Shown piece by piece: positions 45,000-54,600 of a stretch of DNA of 64,000 bases. Location: NCBI GenBank assembly GCA_031835245.2, contig JAVKOQ020000082.1:1-64000 (forward strand). The letters are read 5' to 3'. This stretch comes from Balamuthia mandrillaris. Its lineage: Eukaryota. Both the position numbers and the translations under genes were made by a program. Under the pieces are notes generated by a model. It did no database searches, was not told where the DNA came from, and was given only the letters and a program-made list of their open reading frames with translations. Each line of letters opens with the position of its first letter. The stretch's first letter is position 1.

Positions 45000-45574
45000 T
45001 GTAACTCTCCCTTTGCTCTTCTCGGAGTTTTTGTTTTGTTTTTGAGACTGTATAGAAGAACTATAGAAGAAAGAAAAGAAAGAATGAAAGTTGGGGTGAA
45101 GAAAGCAGAAAAAGAACAGCCGCTCTGGCCCTCCTGGAAGCACCTAAAAAGAAAGCACGAGAAGAGAGGTGGAACCGGGCAAATGGAAAACGGAAACGGA
45201 GAAAGCCAAGAATGGCAGGATTATGCCACTTTAGGACGTGAGAGAGGACACGAGATTATCCATCGCCACATGAATCGCGTGGTAAGGCGGATGTGAGAGA
45301 GGACGTGAGATTGGTGGCATTTCCGCCATTTTCGGACGGGAGAGCGGAGATAGATGCAACGGAAAGTACGCGTGAAAGTTCCCTCAATTCGAGTTGGAAG
45401 GTAGCTCAATTGGGGTGATAGGCCGAGTAGAAAAGAATCAGGAACCCCTGTCGGTTTGTCCTTTTGTTATCATCCCCCTAACATCCACTTTTGCTGTAAG
45501 CGCGCTCGTCTAACCCAAAAGCCATCCTTCTTTCGGTTCATTTTCGTTGTGTTTCGTTCTCGTGCTCCATTGTT

Positions 45575-47026
45575 TCAGAGACAGTCTTCCCACAGGGACA
45601 TGAAGGCAGAGCGGTCCAAACCGGAGATGATCCTGAAGGTGCAGGGGGCACCGGGCTCCACCCCTTGACCCCCGCTTCGGTACCAATCCACCACGAGCTG
45701 TCCTCGGCAAAAACGCCCGCTCAGCTCCACGGAGGCGTGATACACCTTGGCTTTGGTGATCATCTTTGGGTTGAGCGCCACGGCAACGGCTAACGTATCG
45801 CACATGGTGAACTCTTCTTCTTCCTGTTCTTGCTCTTTGTTGGTATTGTTGTTGTTGGTGCTTTTGCGATAGAGTTGTTCAAACTTGAGGGTGATGCCAC
45901 GCATGAAGGCTCTCCGTTGCTGTCTCAGTGGGTCTGCCTCCTTTTCGTCACCGTCCTTTGAACTTGGTTCGTTGTTGGTTTGAGCTTCGTCTCCTTTGAT
46001 CCAAAGGTCGTACCAGGCCCAAGGGATATTGTACTTTAGTGTTAACTCCCAACTTACCATGTTGACGGGAATGCCCTATTTTTTTCAAAAAATCAGATAA
46101 CGAACTCGAAGAGAAGAGAAGAGAACGATGAAGAGAAGAGAAGAGAAAGAGGGGGAGAGCAACTCGAAAGCTTTCAATAACGATGTGGGCGGCCTCAGGG
46201 TCGCACAGAAAGTTGTATTCAGCAGTCCAAGAGGCGTTGCCCTTGCCCTTGCTGGTGCCTCCCATGAAGATGATGCTTCGCACCTTGGTCGCTATGGATG
46301 GGTCCATACGCACCGCCAATGCCAGGTTGGTCATTGGACCCAGCATCACTATATATCAAGTGTTGAACATCAGTTCTTTGCTCTCTCACTCACTCACTCA
46401 CTCACTCACTCTCTCTCTCTCTCTGTCCAAAGCAGGAGAAGGAGAAGGAGAAGGAGAAGCAGAAGCAGAAGCAGAAGGAGAAGCAGAAGCAGAAGCAGAA
46501 GCAGAAGCAGAAGCAGAAAGAAGAAATTACATATGGTAAAACGATTTGGATGCCGGTTGATCATGTCCACCAAAGCGTTGACGGCATGAACAGGACTGGC
46601 CGTTCGAGAGGGAGGTGGAAGGCTGGAGGTGTAGTCCCCAAGTCCATCGGTGCCATGCCCTGGCCAGCTCTTGTCCTGTTCGTGACGCCCAATAATTGGC
46701 CCTTTGGGGAGAGGCTATGAGAACATGTTTTTCTTTTATTCTTGTTTTGCAAGAGAGAGTCAAAAAAAAAACGAACCCGCAGCTCCTGTGAAGAAAGGGA
46801 TGGCCTCAGGCCCTTGATTAACCTCTGGAAAGAGCTCCAACACTCGCGCTACGTTTTCCGAGGCCTGGGCGACGCGAACGTTGCCAAAGACGGTGGTGAT
46901 GGCGCGCACTCTGGCTTTGTCGCTGTGGTACAGCGCCAGCATCAACGCGGCGGCGTCGTCGATGCCCATATCCGTGTCGATGATCAGCTCCGCCCCTCCT
47001 TCATCTTTCGCTTCTTCTTTCTCCAT
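45575..47026 (-). CDS. Inosine/uridine-preferring nucleoside hydrolase
   Basis: IIDTDMGIDDA (DxDxxxDD), WHGTDGLG, LGPMTNLALA, AEYNFLCDPEAA, CDTLAVA, RGQLVVDW. Confidence 0.93.
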
Positions 47027-47139
47027 CTTTCGTTTCTGTGGTTCGATCGATCCCCAACAGCGAGCCACCAATGGAAAATCAAACAACGAGTTGCCCTGTC
47101 GACAAAAAAGGAACCGAAGAAACGGAAAGGGAAAAAAAG

Positions 47140-47367
47140 GGCAGCCAAAAAGTCCCTGCGCTTTCCCTGCTACTTTCAGCGGGGAGAATAAGTGTCGACA
47201 AGGACCAGCATCAAACCAAACCATTGCGCGTTGGTCAGGTGAACACCGTGAACGGAGAGCAAGGCTGCGCCTAGCGGAGAGCGGCAAAGGTACCTTCCCT
47301 CTCACCACGGTGTTCATCAAGGACTGCTTTGGGAGCTGCTGCTGGCCATGCACTCTAGCTAGGTTTT
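47140..47367 (+). ncRNA. Putative structured ncRNA of unknown class
   Basis: A closing helix (47141-47155 with 47321-47339) encloses three hairpins, including a 13-bp stem (47238-47250/47306-47318). G-U wobbles favour the + strand; a T4 run follows at 47364-47367. Confidence 0.4.
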
Positions 47368-47676
47368 AACAACCAGTCCAAACAGAAGGAGGTATGCGAA
47401 AATGAGGTGGTAGTGCCAATAATAAGGTTTGTTAGGCACCCGCCAATGGAAGACCGCCGTCCCCCAATTCCACGAACAGACTTCATGTTACACTGTTTTG
47501 GAGATGACCAAGATTACGTCCAAAATCTGTCCACCTCGTATCTCACTCTTTCAGCTGGGAGAAGGGTGGACGGATGTGAGCCAAGATTTGGTACTGCTCG
47601 CATCTGTCCAATTTATTGTAGGCAATAAATCCTTCGAGAGAGAATCGAAGAGAGAGATAAAACCGACTGAACGACC

Positions 47677-48110
47677 ATGGAAGAGGTGGAGAGGATCATC
47701 GCTGTCTTCAAGCAGATCGACGTTGATGGAAGTGGAGGTACCTCTTATTTTTTTTTTAAAAAAAAACGAAAACCAAAAACCACCGCTTTTTTTTGTAACG
47801 AAGGTCTAATAAAACTAATTCGAAACGGGTTGCTTTGCTTGATTATTTTTTTTTTGAAAAAAAAGTGGTGGACCGATCAGAGTTTGAACAGGCGGTGACC
47901 CAGCTGGAGAAAGACAAGGGCACCCCCGAGCACCTCATCCCCGAGATTGTGGAGAAAAAATTCAGGAAGGCCGACAGGGATGGCTCTGGCACTGTGGATA
48001 TGAGCGAGTTCCTCCGCAGCTACTACGATATTTTCGATGCCGAAAGAAAGGAAACCGCCAAAATCGTGGCTGAGTCTTCTGGTTTGGTTTCTCCCCCTCC
48101 CTTCTCTCAT

Positions 48111-48146
<36 letters not shown>

Positions 48147-50703
48147 TCATCGTTCTCTTCTCTTCCTTTCTCCTTTCTCTCCTTTTCTCTTAGTCATTCT
48201 CTCTTCTACTCTTCTCTTCACGCTCTCACATATACAAACAAAACAGGTCTGAGCGAGACAGAAGCAGAGCAACTGTTGCAAAGGTTCGAGGAATACGATC
48301 TGGACGGTGATGGCGTTATTGGTAAGAACGACAACCTCAGCCATTTCTTTCTTTTGCAGACTTCTGTTTTTTTTTCTCCTCTCATGCAACACACCGTTTT
48401 TCTGCGTTGTGTAAATCAACTTTCTTCTTTGTTTTCCACACGTTTTCTTTTTCTTTCCTTCTTTCTTTCTTTCTTTTTCTTGACACGTTATAACAAGCAA
48501 ACCTATTGTTGGTAACCTATCTTTGTTCTCACACGCAACACGAAAATATAACGAACAGATCAAGACGAGTTCTATCAGCTGAAAGCCGAATTAGCACCTC
48601 ACGTCTCCAAGTTGCTGGTAAGACAGGACAGCAACAAGCTATTCAGAAAAGCCGACAAGGACAAGACAGGCGCTCTCAGCAAGGCGGAGTTTCTTGAAGC
48701 CGTTTCTGGTCTCCTTGGTCAGTCTTCCTCTTTGGGTGACAGCAGTGGCGGTTCATCCTCTTCAGGTATGAGCGCAGACAGCGTGTGGAACGAGTTCACG
48801 GAGGCCGACAACGTGGTGGCCATCCTGCAACGCTTTGACGAGCTGAAAGAGATCTGCGGCGTTCCAGCCGGCGCCACCGCAGCGCAGCTCTACGATGCCA
48901 TCAAAGCCAAGACCCAAGCCAATTATCGCAGCAAGGTCCTGTGGAAGCTGCTTGACGTTAAGAAAGCCGAGGCCGTTTACAAACCCAAACCTGGGGACAA
49001 GGAACTTAGAGTGTTGATCGTGGGTGCGGGACCTGCTGGCCTGAGAACTGCGGTGGAGGCCCTGCTTTTGGGCGCACGTGTGACTATCTTGGAGAAGAGG
49101 CTTAAGTTCACGCGTCACAACTTGCTTCACATCTGGGACAGCTCTATTCGTGATCTTAAGAACATTGGAGCCAAATATTTCTTCCCTCAATTCTGTACTG
49201 GAGGAATCAAGTGCGTGTTTTTTTTTTCAACGCTCTCTCTCTCTCTCGCGTCCTTTCTTATTTCTCTTTCTTCAATTTATCTAACATACGTTTTGTTGGC
49301 TCAGTCACATTGCCATCAGAAGGTTGCAAACGCTGTTGTTGAAGGTGTGTTTGCTGTTGGGAGCAAGGTACTACCCTCGCGTGGACTACCAGCGCACCGT
49401 GGAGGACAGCGGCAGCGACCTCTGGAAGGCCGAAGTTACCAGCAAAGGAGCTGCCCCCAAAGATGAAGATCTTTTGTTCAACGTAATCGTTGGCGCTGAT
49501 GGACAAAACTCCAAAATAGCGGCAGACTTCCATTTTGAGCGAAAGATAACTAAAGGAGGATTGGCCATTGGCATCACTGCCAACTTTGGTATTGTTTCTT
49601 ATATTTCGTTTCTGTTTCTTTGTTTTAACTGTTGTCATAACAACGCGCAGAGAATAAGCAAACCAAGGAAGAAAACAATCTTCGTGAGTTTGGGTTGTTG
49701 GCGGTGTACAACCAAGGCTTCTTCAAAGCGCTTAACGAGAAGTACTCCATTGACCTCGAAAACTTGGTGTACTACAGAGGAGAGACACATTACTTTGTCA
49801 TGACCGTCAAAAAGCAAAGGTTAACCATCATTACTCGTTCTTCTGCTTGTTCTTTCTTTTTCTTTTCTTTTTTCATCGATTCTTGTTTTTCTTCCATTTT
49901 GTCTTTTCTTTCTTTGCTTTGTAATCTTCTATGCGAATTTTCTTCGATACTAACCCTACGTGTTGTTTTCAAAGTTTGTTGGCCAAAGGAGTGTTGAAAC
50001 AGGACAGCCAAGACACACAAGGCCTGGTGGCTCCCAACAACGTGGCCAAAGAGAACTTGGAGCAGCTCTGCCGTGAGGTCGCCCTCCATGTTGGGCTTCC
50101 CACCAGCGTTTCCTTCTCCAAGAACAGCCGTCACAACAATGATGTTGCCATTTTCGACTTTTCCAAGTAACTCTCGTCTTTTTCTTCTTCTTTTTTTCTT
50201 CATCTTCTTTCTTCTTACATATTTATATAAACAACAACTTAGCAAGCAAGTATGTACCGAACAAGCCAAATTGTTTGGAGCTGGTATGGTAGAGTTAGGC
50301 GTATCTGGTGGGCCTTCTAGCTCCTCTGCAGCCGCTGGTGGTCCCCGCCAACCACTTCTCGTTTGTCTGGCCGGCGACTCGGCCATCGAACCCTTCTGGC
50401 CTTTGGGCACTGGTTCAGTCTTTCTCCTCTTCTGCTTTCTTGTTCTCTAGAAACTAAACTCGTTCTTCTGAAACGACAGGAGCGAATCGTGCCATTTTGG
50501 CGGCGCAGGATGCTGCCTGGATGATGAAGCGCATGAAGGAGGGAGGGGAGAAAGAGGACCCTCACAAGCTCAGGGAGGAGTGGGGCAGCTATTACAAGAT
50601 CCTGATGACCGCCGAGCAGAAGGACTTGGAAAAGAACTTTGGCAAGCATACCATGGACCCCTCCACACGTTACACCAAGAACACACTCTCCCACTTCCAT
50701 TGA
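47677..50703 (+). CDS. EF-hand x4 plus MICAL-type FAD monooxygenase (F-actin methionine oxidase family)
   Basis: EF loops DVDGSGVVDRSE, DRDGSGTVDMSE, DLDGDGVIDQDE, DKDKTGALSKAE. MO motifs IVGAGPAGLRTAVE, LEKR..FTRHNLLHIW, LAIGITANF, IDLENLVYYRGETHYFVMT, DVAIFDF, GDSAIEPFWPLGTG. Confidence 0.9.
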
Positions 50704-51629
50704 AACAACCCTTTCAACGTTGCGGGACCAACCCTTCCATCTCCTTCGTTTTCTCCTTTGTACTATTTTTTAATATCTTAATTTTTCCTATAAAATATTG
50801 TCCACAAAAAATTTGCTGTGCGAAATTTTTCCACGAATGCGCGTTCTAAATTATTAAAATTCCTAAAAATAAATTCTTGCGCTGGCAATGAGGCGGTGTT
50901 TTGCCGGGACGTACAATGTCCACGAGTTTTACGGCAATTTTTCAACCTGTTAGAGGTGGACAAATTGTACCCCTAACCGTCTTCACCGTAAACAAAACGG
51001 ACCATAATAAAGTAAATACACTTTTGCATTGCGGTGACCACAAAAAAAAAGAACCACAAGAAAAAGAAGTGAAAAAAAAAACTAAAAAACAAAGAAGCTG
51101 GTACACAAAAAAAACCCAAACAGAACACGGGAACCTTGTAGGGTACAGCAACAACACCGCCGCTCTTGTTTTTTTTTGTTTGTTTGTCTCAGTTCTCAAT
51201 TTTTTTCTCCGTCATTATTCGACAGATTCCAGAAGGGGAGAGAGAGAGAGAGAAAAAAAGCATCACACACACACTCACGGACGGAGTGTGGTGCCGTTTT
51301 AGCTCATCCCTCTCGTTCTTCGCTGTTTGTTGTTTCAAGACACTGTACCGTTTTTTTTTTCATTCTTCTATCAGTTAAGGTTCGTCCCCTTACTTTTTCT
51401 TGCTGGTTTTCTTAATGATGACATATTTGACTTTGCGTCGCCTCTTCCATTCAATCTCCATTTTGCTTCTTTCTTTCTCTTTCTTTCTTCTTATTTTTTC
51501 TTTCATTGTTTGGCTAATTTTTTTTGTTCTTTTTTTTTTCCCCCTTCTTTACTGCAACAACAGTTTTTTCTTTTCTTTTTTTTTTTAAAAAAACAAAACA
51601 GAGAAGTTCGCCCTCTCTGCTTTTGAACT

Positions 51630-54600
51630 ATGTCTTTTTCGGGCTTTGGTTTTGGCGGGGGCGCGCCGGCCTTTGGGTCTGCTCGTTCTACTCCTCCGTC
51701 CGCCATCCCGCCGGTCACTACAGCCCCAACGCAGTCCGCGTTTTACCGCTCCACCACCAGCTTTGATCAAAACGCAACTGCTTCTTCCTCTGCGAACCCT
51801 TATTTAGTGGGCTCCACCGCTTCTGCTTCTTCTCCTTCGACCATTCCTTATCCTGTAATGCCCCCTTCTGCAGCTTCTTCTGCTTCAGCTTCCCCTTTGT
51901 CAGGCCTGGCTTTTGCCTCACCTCTTAGCCACGCCTCGGGAGTGCTACAGTCCATCAAAAAGAATGGACTGGCTCAGGACCCTGCCGCCTTGATCGAGCA
52001 GCTGCAGCACATCAAGGACGCCACCACCAAGATGGAGTTGAGCGCCTCGACGGTGGACTCTCTCGCCTCCACGGAGGTTGCTCTGTGGCGGCGCTATCAA
52101 AGGCAGCTGGCCCGGTTGGAGGACGCGGCCTGGCTGCAGCTCAGCGAGAAAGCCCTTCAACCCTCTCACATGACAGGCCTGCATAAGCTCCTTGGCATGG
52201 AGCAGAAAGAACTAGTCTCAGCACAAGAGAAGGCCGACGCCAAGAATAGACGCGAGACGTGCAAGCTGCTGTTGAAGGAGAAGGCCAAGTTGATAGGCAT
52301 TGTGGAGGAGCTTGGAGTGGAGGAAGCAGGCAACCCCACCAACAAGGAGGGACCAAACTTTTCTCTATCATGGAACGAAAACCAAAAGACTCTTTCTCAG
52401 CTGTTGGGTCATCTCTCTTCCTTCACCGCTAAAACGAACAGCTTGGACCTTGATGTAGAGACACACGCGAAGTTGATGCAGTACGTGAACAAATCGGTGG
52501 AAAGAGAACGGCAGCGACAAACCAAGGTTCGTCTCTCTCTGTCTCTGTCTCTCTGTCTCTCTCTGTCTCTCTCTTTCTCTGTCTCTGTCTCTCTCTCTCT
52601 CTCCCCTCCTTCTTTCTCTGTTTTTTTTTTGCGAAACTTGTTCTAAATGCCTGAATGCAGCGCCGTTGGAAGTATCGAGCTGCTACCGCTGAGCCCCAGG
52701 CGCAAAGTTACAGCAACACAACCAAAGTCCCGTTCATAGTATCGGTTTTTAACCGGACGTTTCCTCTGTTGGTGCAAACATTGCACAAATCGCAACACAC
52801 GACTACTGCGGAGAGCATTTTCAATCGATTGCGGGACGTGATCCTAGAGCAAGAAGACTTTGCAAGCGTCAAATCTGCTGCAATGCAATTCTCCGCCGCT
52901 TCATATGTTTCAAGCAACGTTCGCGCTGACAAGCCGAGTCAAACTTCGTTTGGGTCTGCTGTTGGCTCCTCAACACCGTCCACATCTCCGTTTTCGGCTC
53001 CCTCTGCTTCTGCTTCTTCCTCTCTTCTCACTTCTTCTTCTACTTCGACTACTACCCTGGCATCAGAAGAAAGCGAACCTATTCAAGAAGAGGAGCATGA
53101 GCACAACAAATATGCGAATGTTTGCTATGCCGCCAAGTTGTGGTTGGGTCAGTTGAAGACAACTTGGAGCACAACTCTTCGTGCACTTGATGCAAATGCT
53201 GTCCAAGCAAAAGTTGGCTTACTCTTTGCATTACTCGGTCAAATCTCTGGCCTCTTTGTAAGCAATTTTCTTCCTCTCTCTCTCTCTCCTCCCTTTCTTT
53301 CTTGTCGTCTCTCTCTTTCTCTCTCTCTCTCTTGCTCTCACCTTTTTTATTTGCCAATACTGACGTACCAGTTTTCACATCAGTTGTCTTATTACTTGCA
53401 TGCAACATATCCAGCGGCACCTGTTGAGAGTGCCTTCACTGCAGACTTGAGCAAAGTAACCCCTGAACTGCTTATCTTGCTTTGCCACGACATCTTGATC
53501 CCCGCTGTCTCTTCTCTGGGCGAAACAGATGATGAATTTTGCAGCACCTTTCTCAAGCTCATCATCCCGCTGTACCAACACAACATCGGAGCTGTTGGTT
53601 CGCCAGATAACAGCAATAAGGCGGCAGCGAGCACCGAACCGCAGACGTGTAAAGTTACTGATGAGGAGGGGGTTATCAAAGTCTCCCTTCCGGACCAGAA
53701 CTGCAATACCAACAATAACAGCAGCAACAGCAAGTCTTCTACTACCAATTCATCCTCTTCAGAGGATCAATTCCTCGCCCAGGATGATGCTCATAATGTG
53801 TCTCCTCTGTTCTTGGGACACAATCTTAGTGAGGAACCTGCCGAGTGGTCACAACCCCTTAAGACTTGGTTGCACACGTTGCTTCCTGCTAACTCACCCT
53901 TTGGAAGCTCTGTTGATTTTGCTGCGGAGATCGTTACTGATAAGAAAGAGAAGAAAGAGCATGCGCTACCTCCTCCGCTGCAACACTCACAAAAGCGGCC
54001 AGAGCAAGCAGTGGAAACCACAAAGAGCAAAGATACTCAGATTCAAGCTGCAACTGCTTTGACTTGTCACGTTTTGATACGGGGTTCTATGGAAGATATT
54101 CTCGCCGTTGTCAAGTCATTTGTGTTACCACAACAGGAAAGCTCTTCTTCGAAGGATGAGGACGAAGATGAACACGATAAGTTGCGTGACATTGCAAACG
54201 ACGAGGATGAGAGCCTGAGCATTGTGCCTACCACAAAAGCCAGGACTGCTACTGTTACCTCCTCTCCAGCCGATCTGATTCTTGATATAGCCCCATTCTT
54301 GTATAAGTGGGGCCAAAAGACCACTTCTACTAAACAATTAGGTTCGTTCTCCTTGCTTTGTTCCTTTTTTTTTAATTCTTTTGTCCCCTTTCTCCTTTTT
54401 ATTTGTCCTCGTTGCTTTCTTCGATCATATTTAACGCTGTTTTTTTTTTTTTAAAACAAACAACTTGAAGCGCTCCTGTGGAACTCCTTCAAATCTATGA
54501 TGACCCAGACTAAAACTACTTATGCCTACAAAGACGGTTTTCTCTACCTTCATAACACCGGGGGCCTCTTTAAAGTTGGTACCGGTCAGCATGGCACCAT

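Noticed and set aside
45795..45810. Cys-Asp instead of His-Asp in the nucleoside hydrolase C-terminal motif
   Set aside because: Variation at this position is known among nucleoside hydrolase subgroups; not evidence of novelty or inactivation.
47140..47367. Assignment of the structured element as SRP RNA, RNase P/MRP, U3, C/D snoRNA, TPP riboswitch or SECIS
   Set aside because: Only partial motif matches (AAAGTCCC, GAAA..AGCAG, TGATGA/CTGA); required partner motifs are missing or on the strand disfavoured by wobble pairs.
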